Positions 19,175 to 28,879 of a DNA stretch of 64,000 bases are shown piece after piece. Made by a program: the position numbers and the translations under genes. This stretch comes from a virus (lineage: Duplodnaviria; Caudoviricetes): IMG/VR virus record IMGVR_UViG_3300027917_000018, positions 138,976-202,975 of that record; one strand, written 5' to 3'. Each line of letters opens with the position of its first letter. Position 1 is the first letter of the stretch. The notes under the pieces were generated by a model, which was not told where the DNA came from, made no database searches, and saw only the letters and a program-made list of their open reading frames with translations.

Positions 19175-20024
19175 TCGACCCGTCAAAGCTTTCCTGAGCC
19201 GGGCGCATTACAGCGCCGAGCTTTGGGCGTTCACCGAACATGAGCTGTCCGGCGACAATGCCAGGCGATGCCAGCGGGACGGCCAATTCTTTTACGAGCG
19301 GTTGGGCGGTGAGCCCCTGCGTGTCACTCGCGGTGGCGGGGTGCCGGGCGCAACGGGCCAAGATCAGAAAGCGGTTCAAGAGTTCGACAACGCAATGCGG
19401 GCTCTTTATCGCGGGCGTTCTCAGGGCCAGGAGATTCAGGGGCCGGTGTTGGTTAAGGCTTACGATGACCCCAACAACCTGGCCGAAAATGAAATGGATG
19501 AGCTAGCCACTGAATGGCGCTGGGTAAAGGCCACGCATGACGGTCGGTTCATTGGCTGGTACGCCGCCGAATCCGACCCACGAGCTTTCTTCAGCAAGTT
19601 TTCGCGGGAGCGCGTCGCCGAGCATGTTCAGAAGAATTTGGAAGGCTGGGGATGGACGCAGCAGTACGATCTGATCACCGTTCGCTACGACTTTCCGGGG
19701 CTTTTTATCAACTGGCGCGGTGATGGTGCCCAAGCCCACGCCAGGATTAAGCTCAAGATCAAACCTCCAGCGGTATTTCGGGATTTGTTTGTGAAGCAGA
19801 CCGTCATCGGAATTGGGGACGTGGACCAGGTCTACATTCAGCTGATCGACGTGGACCAGGCTCTTCCGCCGATTGGGGCTTGGACCAAGACCTTCTGCAC
19901 CAACCCCGAAAAGGACGTGCCGACATACGAGCAGGCCCGGTCCGCCTTCGAGATGCTGAGACGCCAACTGGAAATGCGTGCCATCAACAAAGGCCAGATG
20001 ATTTTTGGATGGGGACAAGCATGA
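19167..20024 (+). CDS. hypothetical protein
   Basis: Long ORF coupled within the structural operon. Confidence 0.6.
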   Translation: MPDRPVKAFLSRAHYSAELWAFTEHELSGDNARRCQRDGQFFYERLGGEPLRVTRGGGVPGATGQDQKAVQEFDNAMRALYRGRSQGQEIQGPVLVKAYDDPNNLAENEMDELATEWRWVKATHDGRFIGWYAAESDPRAFFSKFSRERVAEHVQKNLEGWGWTQQYDLITVRYDFPGLFINWRGDGAQAHARIKLKIKPPAVFRDLFVKQTVIGIGDVDQVYIQLIDVDQALPPIGAWTKTFCTNPEKDVPTYEQARSAFEMLRRQLEMRAINKGQMIFGWGQA

Positions 20025-20440
20025 GCCGATACGTTTCAGAGAGCTATTTCGAGACGGTGCGGACGCTACCGGTTGCGCTGGCGCAAACGGAGCTGAAGCG
20101 CGAGAACTCGCTTGTGATCTGTCGGCTGCCGCTGGCGTTGAACCAGACGCTGGAGCTTCGGTCTCTGACACTGCACATTATCAAAATCTTAACCCCAGGG
20201 GTGAAGCCTTTCAGCGAGGTCACCGTCAACGGGATCGCCAGCGTCGGCCTTCAGTTTGCTGGAATGGCCACCGGCATGATTGGCTCGGTCAACCTGGAGA
20301 ATGTTGGGTCGGCGACCTGGAATCCCTACGAGCCGGTGTTGATCACGGCTCCGGGCACTTATCAGGTAACCGTCCGAAACCACACGAACAACGTGGACAT
20401 GGCCATTGCCGTGACCGGCAGCGTGAAGATTTTCAGTTGA
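20021..20440 (+). CDS. virion structural protein, paralog of 18695 ORF
   Basis: LPVALAQT...Q.LELRSLT; ATGA overlap at 20021. Confidence 0.6.
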   Translation: MSRYVSESYFETVRTLPVALAQTELKRENSLVICRLPLALNQTLELRSLTLHIIKILTPGVKPFSEVTVNGIASVGLQFAGMATGMIGSVNLENVGSATWNPYEPVLITAPGTYQVTVRNHTNNVDMAIAVTGSVKIFS

Positions 20441-20441
20441 T

Positions 20442-23216
20442 ATGCCAGCGCCCTATCCACCAGTACCGTCACAGCTCGAAGCCGCCCTGCTGGTTGTCCT
20501 GCGGGATTCGGTGACCTGGGAATCCGCGTTGGCTCCGATGGATTCATCGGGAACCTATTCGGGCACGCTTACTGAGCCCGGTAGCACCGGCCCGTTCAAT
20601 GCCCTGGAGTACCAGCGGCGGGACCGGGAGCTGGCGTGGCTGGACACCCGCAACGCAGCTGCCGTGGTCGAGGTCAGTCTGGAAGTGGCGGACGTGTGGA
20701 ATGCCTCTGCGCTCCGCCCGATCATGCAGGGGCCGCAAATCGGCCACATCACCTACAACGAGCAAGCGTCTGCGCAGGGGCTGCTCAGCAAGGTGGTCCA
20801 CGTCACCAACGCCTCCGTTCCCAGGGATGCGCTCAGCACGGACAAAGACCTAGTAGGGCGTGATCTGCTCGTTTACGAGACCCTTTACAACGCCTGCGCA
20901 AATCTCTTTGTGCCGCCGCCCATCACCAGCAGCGGCTCGGAAATCCCCGGCGTGACGGCCTGGGCGACCGGGTACGGCTCGGCGCAGCGCAAAGACATCA
21001 GTACAGCGCTGCCGCTTGGACGCGGCCTGTTTGAGGACCCGGACAAAAACCTGACCGACCGGGACAACCAGCTTGCCGGGTACGTGGCGCAGCTCTGCGT
21101 GCTTCTTCGCGATCCGTTTGCCTACGCCAATCGGGTCTACATGGCCGTTTACGGTGCCGACAGCCGCGAGGTCGAAACTTACAGCCTGGTCGAGCCCGTA
21201 TTCGTGGCGGGCTACTCGTATCGGGAGGGCGACGAAATCTACTACGAGGGCACGATCTATCGGGTCAAGGCGGGTGTCGGCAGCACGACGGACGTGCCCT
21301 GGACGAGCCCGTGGGCCTGGGAAACGGTTTCCGAGCCCAACCAGCGCATCTGGATCGCGCCGCCCTACCTGGCCGGGCGCAACCGCCTGGTCTACGACGT
21401 GGCCGAGCGCACGCTCCAGTGGATTCCCGAAGGAGGAACAGCGGTTCACGTGCCGCAGCTGGTTGCCCTGTCGATTCCGGGCGTTTTCTCGGGGCAGACG
21501 TTGGCTACTTTGGCCCAGGTGCCGGAGCGCAAGGACGGCCAATACTGGAGGCAGAAGGCGGGCCGCATTATTCCCAGTGGCGGCACGCTGACCGATAGTC
21601 TGTCGATCGAGAATACGGCCAGCTTCCAGGTTCAAGGCTTTACGATTCAGAACACAGGCGCGTCGATGACCGTGCCAGGTCAGGGCACCGTCAATTTCTT
21701 CGACGACAGTAACGCCCAGGCGAACGTCGGCTATGCCAGCGTCAAAGTCGCGGCTATGGTCCAGCCCAATTCGACCGTGGAGATGCCCGGCGGCCAGAAC
21801 GTCGAGGGTGTTTACGGCACGCTGGGCGGCGTTACGTTCGGTGCTCCGAGCAAGGTTTCCTACGACATCGGGCTTCCGGCGACGCAGTGGACCGTGGAGT
21901 TCGACTACACCAATTTGAGCGGTAGCACGAGCGGCTTCAAGATCAAGGCCGACCTGGACGGTGCGTTGGTCTTCGACGACACCACGCCATTTTACTTCAA
22001 CGATCAGGACGGCTTTCCGCTTACCAACGGCGAGCTAGTGACCAGCCGCCCGTTTGTAATTCAGCCAACGGGAGGCAAGCAAAGCTTCGGCGTCGAATGG
22101 ACGGGCGGTGGCGGGGACCTGCACATCCGCAACATTCGGTTCCGCAGCGACGCGACCACCGAGGGCCGCTACCGCATGCTTGGCACGATGGCCGGATCGG
22201 TTTCGGTCTGTGACGTTCACGGGGTCGACGGCGTTTACGACGTGGTCAGTTGGGACTTCCAGGTTATCGAGACTACCCCGGCCACGATGCTGCTCAATTA
22301 CGAGAAGGACCCGGAGCTGCCGATTCGGTTCCTGCGCTTTGACGTGGCCACCTTCGGCACGGCAAGTCCGACGCCCAATGTCGCAGGTTTCGAGCGATAC
22401 CGTAACGACTGCCTGACGCGGGCGATGACCAGCGCCCAGCAGTCCTTTAATGAAAACATGGCCCTGGCCGTCGAAAGCGGCACGATCCCAGCCTTCATGT
22501 CCACGGGCAGCGTGTGGGATACAGCCGCTTCGGAGCGGTGGATGGCCTTCATGGAATCGGCGGAGCCGCGCCTGCGCGAGTTGGAGCCTGTCACCGAGAT
22601 TGTCGAAAATCGGCAGTACGTCGTGTCCACGGGCTCAGTGGTTTATCAAGGTCAGAGCTACGGGGTGGGAGAAACTTTCTACGGAGCGGGAACCTCATGG
22701 TTCTACTTCGCCAGCCAAGGCACACTGACCCAGGTCGGAGCCTGGCGCAGGCCGCGATCCACTAGCATCGGGCGGCCCGCCATTGTTCCGGCGGGCGTAT
22801 ATTGGGACAGCAACGGCGGAACGGTCGCGGTGGCTAACGGGCCAGAAATGACTTATCCGCAATTGGCGTCGCTTCAGCCCTGGATGATTTGGGCTGGATT
22901 TTACGTTTCCCAGTTCGAGTTTTACCTGCCGCTTCCGTCGTACCGTCAGCCGCCCAAGATTTACCCACCGCCGGGGCCTCCGGGTGGCTATATCGAGGGA
23001 TTCGCTGGATTCAGCGACACGTTCGAGGGCAACGACACGGGTGCCGAGACGCTTATCGGCGGCAGTGGTTGGGACGGAAACTGGGCCGCGATCGAAAATA
23101 TCTACCAGTCCCATGTCATCGCGACGGACGACATGGCCTACGCCCACGGTACGCCGCTGGGCAGCATGAGCAGCGCCGAAGGGCTGTCGTCCTCGGGGCC
23201 AACCGCATACCCATAA
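20442..23216 (+). CDS. large tail/baseplate protein
   Basis: 924 aa; YREGDEIYYEGTIYR CBM5/12-like segment, beta-sandwich middle, C-terminal GGSGWDGNW repeat-like segment. Confidence 0.65.
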   Translation: MPAPYPPVPSQLEAALLVVLRDSVTWESALAPMDSSGTYSGTLTEPGSTGPFNALEYQRRDRELAWLDTRNAAAVVEVSLEVADVWNASALRPIMQGPQIGHITYNEQASAQGLLSKVVHVTNASVPRDALSTDKDLVGRDLLVYETLYNACANLFVPPPITSSGSEIPGVTAWATGYGSAQRKDISTALPLGRGLFEDPDKNLTDRDNQLAGYVAQLCVLLRDPFAYANRVYMAVYGADSREVETYSLVEPVFVAGYSYREGDEIYYEGTIYRVKAGVGSTTDVPWTSPWAWETVSEPNQRIWIAPPYLAGRNRLVYDVAERTLQWIPEGGTAVHVPQLVALSIPGVFSGQTLATLAQVPERKDGQYWRQKAGRIIPSGGTLTDSLSIENTASFQVQGFTIQNTGASMTVPGQGTVNFFDDSNAQANVGYASVKVAAMVQPNSTVEMPGGQNVEGVYGTLGGVTFGAPSKVSYDIGLPATQWTVEFDYTNLSGSTSGFKIKADLDGALVFDDTTPFYFNDQDGFPLTNGELVTSRPFVIQPTGGKQSFGVEWTGGGGDLHIRNIRFRSDATTEGRYRMLGTMAGSVSVCDVHGVDGVYDVVSWDFQVIETTPATMLLNYEKDPELPIRFLRFDVATFGTASPTPNVAGFERYRNDCLTRAMTSAQQSFNENMALAVESGTIPAFMSTGSVWDTAASERWMAFMESAEPRLRELEPVTEIVENRQYVVSTGSVVYQGQSYGVGETFYGAGTSWFYFASQGTLTQVGAWRRPRSTSIGRPAIVPAGVYWDSNGGTVAVANGPEMTYPQLASLQPWMIWAGFYVSQFEFYLPLPSYRQPPKIYPPPGPPGGYIEGFAGFSDTFEGNDTGAETLIGGSGWDGNWAAIENIYQSHVIATDDMAYAHGTPLGSMSSAEGLSSSGPTAYP

Positions 23217-23217
23217 T

Positions 23218-23997
23218 ATGTCTAGCAGCCTCATCTGGAAGCGCGAAGTCGGCAGCAAAGTGGTCGCCGAGGGACCGACGCGCAAGTACCTCAAGCTGTC
23301 TCAGGCCGCTGTCACCCGCACGATTGGCAGTGACCATTACCCGTTCAACGAGCTGTGGATGGCTGTGCTCTGGACGTGGGCACCGGCAAGGAATCTTGAA
23401 ACCTTGGGTCCCAGCACCAGCCAAGCCTACCTGCGAAATTCCGCCAATGCGCCGTTCCAGTTTCTGTTTGGCCTCATGTCCGGCACGAACTCGCACTGGA
23501 ACAACGCGTCCACGAACCATTACCTTGGCATCCAAGTTCAGACTTCCGGGTCTGGTCAAATCTCTCAGGCCACAAGCGCTGCCAGCCATTTTTATTGGAC
23601 GCCCGCCATTACGGTTTACAAGGTCGAAAACAGTGTCCCAGCCTACATCTCCTCCGTCACCAATTACATCAACTGTGAGCCAGCAAGACGAACGCTTATC
23701 TTCTTACGGTTTGTCAAATCGACGCCCTGGACGTTCAGCGTGGTCGGCCCGTGGGGCTTCGGTTCCTACCAGGACAACGACTACACCGAGGCCAATATCA
23801 AGGCGGTCCTGGAGGAGCCGGACTGGACAACGCTTAATGCCGCCCTCACGGGCACTTACGGCCTAGTCGCTGCCGTCAATTCAACAGTCAGCATCAACGA
23901 AGCAACGTACGGCAACCTGGATTCGGTGGTGCTTGGGTGCCATTCCTGGACAATGTCTATGGAAGTGGATGTGATCGCTGGAATTAAGAAGTCATAA
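23218..23997 (+). CDS. virion-associated protein, paralog family P (3 of 4)
   Basis: INEATYGNLDSV motif and shared layout. Confidence 0.65.
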   Translation: MSSSLIWKREVGSKVVAEGPTRKYLKLSQAAVTRTIGSDHYPFNELWMAVLWTWAPARNLETLGPSTSQAYLRNSANAPFQFLFGLMSGTNSHWNNASTNHYLGIQVQTSGSGQISQATSAASHFYWTPAITVYKVENSVPAYISSVTNYINCEPARRTLIFLRFVKSTPWTFSVVGPWGFGSYQDNDYTEANIKAVLEEPDWTTLNAALTGTYGLVAAVNSTVSINEATYGNLDSVVLGCHSWTMSMEVDVIAGIKKS

Positions 23998-24824
23998 TGG
24001 CCACTCAATTTGAACAAGCTACGTTCGGCTTTGAAACTCGTGGCGTGATTCGCCTGGAGAGCGGCAAGGGCTTTAAGTGGCTGCTTGACCCAGTTCCGAG
24101 CTGGGAGGCGCTGGCGGTTACGGTTCCGGTGGCGATTACCGGCGGACCCACCACGGGCAACATGACCGGTTGCAGATTTGGCGTGGGCTTCAGCAATTAC
24201 GCGGGAGACCAGTTCAACGAGGCCACGCCGCGCTTCGGTTTTGGCATGACCACGGGCGTCAGCGCGCAAACGCTTACCGGGCTTACCAACCCCAGCACCT
24301 ACCCGACGACAAGCGCCAATTACGGATGGACCTGGACAGCCTGGGCAACGCGGTTCCAGAACGGAGCGGTCGTTGACGGCATTGGCGGCGGCAGCGTTCA
24401 CATGGGAAATTACGACATTGGCTTCGCCTACGACGCCAATTCTTACCCGTCAGCGACCGCGCTGGCCATGACAGTGAATAAGGCTGGTGGAACAACCTGG
24501 CAGGCAAGCTGGGGCTACAAGTACAGCTACGCGGGCGACGTTCCAGACTCGGCCAGAAAAAGCGAGCTGACGTGTTTTGAAAAGAACGCGAGCTACAGCT
24601 TCTCAGCTTGGACGAATCAAAACGGGCAGATGTATCGGTACGGGATTTACGACATTGGTTCGACCGGCTACGCGGGAAACAACTCATCCGCTTCGTTCGC
24701 GAGCACCGACGAAGCTACTTACGGCCCTCTGAACGCGATTTGGGCGTACTGGATTTCCGCTAGCCACCCCGGTTCGGCTATGCTGGTGGGAAGGCCGGTA
24801 GTTATGATGCTGGAGCACGCATGA
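23997..24824 (+). CDS. virion-associated protein, paralog family P (4 of 4)
   Basis: PRFGFG and TDEATYGPLNAI motifs; TAATG overlap. Confidence 0.65.
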   Translation: MATQFEQATFGFETRGVIRLESGKGFKWLLDPVPSWEALAVTVPVAITGGPTTGNMTGCRFGVGFSNYAGDQFNEATPRFGFGMTTGVSAQTLTGLTNPSTYPTTSANYGWTWTAWATRFQNGAVVDGIGGGSVHMGNYDIGFAYDANSYPSATALAMTVNKAGGTTWQASWGYKYSYAGDVPDSARKSELTCFEKNASYSFSAWTNQNGQMYRYGIYDIGSTGYAGNNSSASFASTDEATYGPLNAIWAYWISASHPGSAMLVGRPVVMMLEHA

Positions 24825-25465
24825 AGATCAGGCACGCTATTTTGGGACTGGTCCTGGCCGCCTCAGTTTGCGTCGGCCAGGTCTTCGCAGCGGACGACCG
24901 AAAAGTCACGGTTGCCTGGGACCCTAGCGACACGGGGCCGCCGGTCGCCGGTACCGGCGGCGACGGGGTCATCGGAACCTTCATCTACTTGGGCCAATGG
25001 ACGAATAAGGTCGACGTTTACGGATTGCGTAAGATCGATGTGCCCTACGCGGAGACCAACGGCGTCTGGACCGAGGTCAGCCGTTGCACGATCACCAACT
25101 TGTCGGACACCATGGTTTACGCGGCCTACTGCACGGCGTACAACACCCACGGGCTTGAGAGCGACAATTCAAACACGATCCGCTGGGAGTACCGGGAAAC
25201 GCGGCCCGGTGTGCCGCTGACCTTCGACATGTCCCTCCTCTCGACGAACTGGGTGACCTACACCAACGCGACGGCTCCCTGGTGCGTGACGACCAATGGT
25301 CAGATGCTGACGTTTACGCCGCCGCCCAAGCTCCAGGGCAAGGAAATGGTGCGCATGACGGCGACGGAGACCAATCTTCAGGAAGGCAGGGTCGGCCTCT
25401 ATACCGGAATCACGATCACCAATCGCGACAACTTCTTCGTGTCGGGCATCCAGATCGTGCCCTAG
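24821..25465 (+). CDS. secreted fibronectin type III-like protein
   Basis: Signal peptide; VTVAWDPS...IYLG...YAAYCTAYNTHGLESDNSN FN3 pattern. Confidence 0.7.
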   Translation: MKIRHAILGLVLAASVCVGQVFAADDRKVTVAWDPSDTGPPVAGTGGDGVIGTFIYLGQWTNKVDVYGLRKIDVPYAETNGVWTEVSRCTITNLSDTMVYAAYCTAYNTHGLESDNSNTIRWEYRETRPGVPLTFDMSLLSTNWVTYTNATAPWCVTTNGQMLTFTPPPKLQGKEMVRMTATETNLQEGRVGLYTGITITNRDNFFVSGIQIVP

Positions 25466-25818
25466 CGGGACTGCTGCGTCCGGTAGACTTCGTTGACCTG
25501 CCAGACCTCGGGGTTCCAGCCACGGAAGGTCCAGGTGTCGCTGCCGATCAGCGCTCCAGTCTCGCGTTCGTGGGCGGTGATCGTCACCACGATGCGCTCC
25601 TCCAAAAGGCGCGGCGTGACGGGGACCTGCTGACCGGGCTCCAGTTTCTTGGCGATGGCGACGCCATCCTGGAGGACGCGCAGGTCGTACGGGGTGTTGT
25701 TCAGAACCCACTGGCGGGGATTGACGTTGAGCCAGCTGAGCTTATTGCAATCGCCGTTGTTGTAAACGGTCGTGCAACCGGTCAGGGCCAAGAGCAGGAT
25801 GCAGAGGGCTTTCTTCAT
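25462..25818 (-). CDS. lipoprotein
   Basis: MKKALCILLLALTG-C lipobox. Confidence 0.7.
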   Translation of the reverse strand: MKKALCILLLALTGCTTVYNNGDCNKLSWLNVNPRQWVLNNTPYDLRVLQDGVAIAKKLEPGQQVPVTPRLLEERIVVTITAHERETGALIGSDTWTFRGWNPEVWQVNEVYRTQQSR

Positions 25819-26069
25819 TTCTTTCTCCATTCGTGCTGGTCTTTGGGGATGTCTTCGTAGTGGACCGTGCGGATTACCGGCCAAATGGTAGCCTGCAAAA
25901 GTGATTCCTGGGCCTCGGCGATGTCGATGCGCTTGGGCTCAAGGCTGGCGAAGCCTGGCTTATGTGCCGTGAGGACCTTGATCGCCCGCTCCAACAGGCG
26001 CTGGGCGTGCTTGCCGTAGAGCAGCTGGTCGGTCGATCCCTGGATGATGATTCGGGCGCGGTATCTCAT
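25815..26069 (-). CDS. hypothetical protein
   Basis: MRYRARIIIQG; ATGA overlaps on both sides. Confidence 0.55.
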   Translation of the reverse strand: MRYRARIIIQGSTDQLLYGKHAQRLLERAIKVLTAHKPGFASLEPKRIDIAEAQESLLQATIWPVIRTVHYEDIPKDQHEWRKK

Positions 26070-26254
26070 GCGTCCTCCACGACGGGGTATTTGCGCGTGT
26101 CTTGCGGGCTGGCCGGGCCTTCGTCGACCCAGCCGATGCCGACGTACTGCATCACCCTGCCGCGCATGATGACCTTTGAGTGCTTGGTCTCGTTGCGCCC
26201 GTCGCACATCGCGATGATTGAGCAGTCGCGGGCCTTGACGGTTTTCCTTTTCAT
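26066..26254 (-). CDS. hypothetical protein
   Basis: MKRKTVK...MQYVGIGWVDEG; ATGA overlaps. Confidence 0.55.
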   Translation of the reverse strand: MKRKTVKARDCSIIAMCDGRNETKHSKVIMRGRVMQYVGIGWVDEGPASPQDTRKYPVVEDA

Positions 26255-26373
26255 GACAGGGCTATGTAGGCGCGGTAGCGCCGCTGGTATTTGCGTGTGA
26301 AGGGCCGCAAGTGGCACTGCTGGTCAGCCAGCCACAGGGTCAGCGCACGGAAGTAGCGTTCTTTTCGGTTCAT
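26251..26373 (-). CDS. 40-aa basic hypothetical protein
   Basis: MNRKERYF; fills the gap with ATGA overlaps. Confidence 0.4.
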   Translation of the reverse strand: MNRKERYFRALTLWLADQQCHLRPFTRKYQRRYRAYIALS

Positions 26374-26939
26374 GGGATTCTCATGGTTTTGGCGTAGTGG
26401 CTGTCCCAGCCCGGCTTGCTGCCGACCGGCTCTACGACGGTGCCCTCCTCGACGAGGGCAAAGGGCTGGAAGCAGCCACCGCACTGCGGGTCCTCATGGT
26501 AATAGCCTTCGTCCTTGATGACCATTTGGTTGAACTTGGGCGCAATCGTGAGAAACGTCAGCCGATCCCCGATCTTGGTCCAGAGCGCCACGTTAGCGTT
26601 CCTGCCCCGGCCAATGTACCAGCGGTTTAGGACCAGCTTGTCCTTGGGTATCTGCAAGCGCACGGTGCGCGGCATGCGGCAGGGGCGCAACGGTGTGACG
26701 CCTACAGCCTTGCACAGCTCTCGGTAGCTTACCAATCCGAAGTTATGAAATAGCCTCAAAGCGCCCTTCCGGGGGTACAGATAGCCGCTTTCGATGTCTC
26801 TTTTAACGCGTTCGGCGAACTCGACGGTTGCTATATCAATGGTTTCATCAGCGCTTGCGTAAAGACGCTGAAGCATATTCCAAATCCTCATGGAGGCGCG
26901 GCTATCAACGTGGCTGAACCATTTCTTTGTCAGTTTCAT
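26370..26939 (-). CDS. protein with RNAP alpha-CTD-like N-terminal segment
   Basis: SMRIWNMLQRL...LFHNFGLVSYREL resembles alpha-CTD SVRxxNxL...NxGxKSxxEI. Confidence 0.5.
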   Translation of the reverse strand: MKLTKKWFSHVDSRASMRIWNMLQRLYASADETIDIATVEFAERVKRDIESGYLYPRKGALRLFHNFGLVSYRELCKAVGVTPLRPCRMPRTVRLQIPKDKLVLNRWYIGRGRNANVALWTKIGDRLTFLTIAPKFNQMVIKDEGYYHEDPQCGGCFQPFALVEEGTVVEPVGSKPGWDSHYAKTMRIP

Positions 26940-27445
26940 AGGGCTGGATTTTCCCAGTAAAGGACCTGGCCCGCCTTGTCGTTGGTCGGCGTGTAGCGCA
27001 GCTCATGGCCTTCCAGGCTGCCGTAAACGTACGCGTAGCCGCGCCGCCGGGCGAACCGGACAGCTTCCTCGCACCGCTCGAAGCTCGGGGCCTTGGGCAT
27101 GCCTTCCCAGGCGTGCTTGTAGCGCCGGTTGAGCGTGACGCCGGTCAGGAAGTCGTGCCGCCAGACGCGGTTCTTGGCCTCCCATTGGATGTAGGCGATG
27201 CAGGCAAGGTCGTCCTCTTCGGCCTCGCGCTGCTTGGGCACGCCCCATACGCCGGTCTTGGCGATGGCGTGGAACTCAAGCTCCTCGTTGGCGAAGCGGT
27301 GAAAGGTTTTCAGGTCGACCGCCGCTGGTGATCCGCACGTGTAGCGCGGGGCGACGTTGAAGGAGCAGTGCCGAATCCTGCGGGAGCGCAGGAATTCGTC
27401 GATTTCGTCGAGGGTTATGGTTCGGTGTTCAAGTTCTGCGATCAT
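26936..27445 (-). CDS. hypothetical protein
   Basis: ATGA-coupled early-region ORF. Confidence 0.6.
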   Translation of the reverse strand: MIAELEHRTITLDEIDEFLRSRRIRHCSFNVAPRYTCGSPAAVDLKTFHRFANEELEFHAIAKTGVWGVPKQREAEEDDLACIAYIQWEAKNRVWRHDFLTGVTLNRRYKHAWEGMPKAPSFERCEEAVRFARRRGYAYVYGSLEGHELRYTPTNDKAGQVLYWENPAL

Positions 27446-27624
27446 GGCGAGGCACGGTTAGGGGTTGTCGGTTGGTTCCGGGCCTCGCGGGCCTCACGAT
27501 CTTTCTCCAGCAAATCGGTCACCAGGGCGACCAGTGCCCGGTAGGCCGGGCTGTCGGTCTCAATGCGCGTGTGCTCCTGCACGAAGCGGAGCACAGCGGC
27601 ATCGATCTGGCGGGCGGTCAGCAT
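27442..27624 (-). CDS. small hypothetical protein
   Basis: Coupled early-region ORF. Confidence 0.5.
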   Translation of the reverse strand: MLTARQIDAAVLRFVQEHTRIETDSPAYRALVALVTDLLEKDREAREARNQPTTPNRASP

Positions 27625-27625
27625 G

Positions 27626-27907
27626 TCAATGGTCTCCCGCCGGTCCCCTGCGGTAGCCGATGGAGCGCACGCGCAGCTTGCCGGGTTTGGCTGGGCTGAA
27701 CGAGCAGTCGGTGGCCGTCATGTAGCTGATGGCCCGCTGGACAAGGTCACGGTCGGCTTCGTCGATGACGGCGTTGATGCTGGCTTTCCAGTCTTTGGGG
27801 TTGCAGACCTTGCCGAAGGCTGTCTGCATCTGCTCGCGTGTAAACGGATTGGCTCCGAGAATCGACGCGGGGTCGACCACGGTGAGGGTGATAGGTTCGT
27901 TTGTCAT
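27626..27907 (-). CDS. hypothetical early protein
   Basis: ATG 27907 lies 9 nt after a -10 box. Confidence 0.6.
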   Translation of the reverse strand: MTNEPITLTVVDPASILGANPFTREQMQTAFGKVCNPKDWKASINAVIDEADRDLVQRAISYMTATDCSFSPAKPGKLRVRSIGYRRGPAGDH

Positions 27908-27916
27908 AGCAGGGTC

Positions 27917-27945
27917 AAAGTAAGCCCTGGCCCTGCCGAAGTCAA
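27917..27945 (-). promoter_or_regulatory. sigma70-type promoter
   Basis: TTGACT-N17-TACTTT with an upstream A/T tract (UP-like). Confidence 0.75.
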
Positions 27946-27953
27946 AACCTTTT

Positions 27954-28406
27954 TTAAGAATTTTGTGAACCAACAACCGCCTGAGCCCGTTTGACATGCT
28001 GAGCCATTTCCCAGCTCGTGGCCTTGGCCCGTTGGCGGTCGTAAAGCATGTGCCGAGCCTTGTCCTGGAGCTGGAACAGCCAGTCCTTGTCCTGTTCGGC
28101 GCGGCCCAGGGCTTTCTGGACTGCGTCGGGGTAATCCCGCCTCAGCTCGTGGCAAAAGGCGTTGATGGCCTGTTTCTTGGAATCGGGCAGATTCCAGTGA
28201 AAGCCTGGACTGAGCCCGGCCTTGGCCTGGGCGCGATCCGCAATGCTTTGCTCGATGCGGCGGGCGAGCTTCTTATCCCGGATGCGCCGGGACAGCTCGG
28301 CGTACTCCTGCTTCCACTGGGCCGTCCATGCCAGGTAGGAGGTTTTGTCGGTGAAGGGCGGGCTTGGCCACGTCCCGAACTTTTCCATGCGTTCTTCGTG
28401 TGTCAT
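27954..28406 (-). CDS. helical hypothetical protein coupled to pth2
   Basis: SYLAWTAQWKQEYAELSRRIR; ATGA overlap with the pth2 stop. Confidence 0.65.
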   Translation of the reverse strand: MTHEERMEKFGTWPSPPFTDKTSYLAWTAQWKQEYAELSRRIRDKKLARRIEQSIADRAQAKAGLSPGFHWNLPDSKKQAINAFCHELRRDYPDAVQKALGRAEQDKDWLFQLQDKARHMLYDRQRAKATSWEMAQHVKRAQAVVGSQNS

Positions 28407-28840
28407 AGGAGGTTCAACCGCCGGGTGATGTGTTGGACTTCGTGCTTCAATGAAGGACCGAACCCAAGGGCGGTGATCGTGGGACGGCCTTCAAAGAAAT
28501 CGGGGCAGCCGCTGTCGACTACCAGGAAGTGGGGCACGCCCGCCTCGGCCAGGGCATCCCTGGTCTTCAGCAGGCGTTGCAGGGAGGCTCCCAGGCAGAC
28601 TTTGGTGCCGGGGAGGTCCTGGGCATAGGCCCTGGCCGCCTCCGAGCCCTCAGTGGCCAAATACGCGCCGAGGTAGGCATGTCCTGCCTGCGAGGCGATC
28701 TTGCCTGGAGCCATACCCAGGTCGGTACGCACGACGGCGTACAGACGGAGGACGGGGTCGGGGATTTACGTGAAGTCGGAAGACACGTCACCCGAGGGGA
28801 TCGGGGACGGGGAACGGTCGGATACTTACGTGAATTTCAC
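28403..28840 (-). CDS. pth2: peptidyl-tRNA hydrolase (Pth2 family); frame holds two in-frame TAA (28826-28828, 28766-28768)
   Basis: RLYAVVRTDLGMAPGKIASQAGHA, VVDSG, TITALGFGP, ITRRLNLL. Family call is strong; start (28840, 28786 or 28732) is uncertain. Confidence 0.85.
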
Positions 28841-28879
28841 TGGGATGATCCTTAAGCTATCAGGCTGTCTTTGTCAAGC

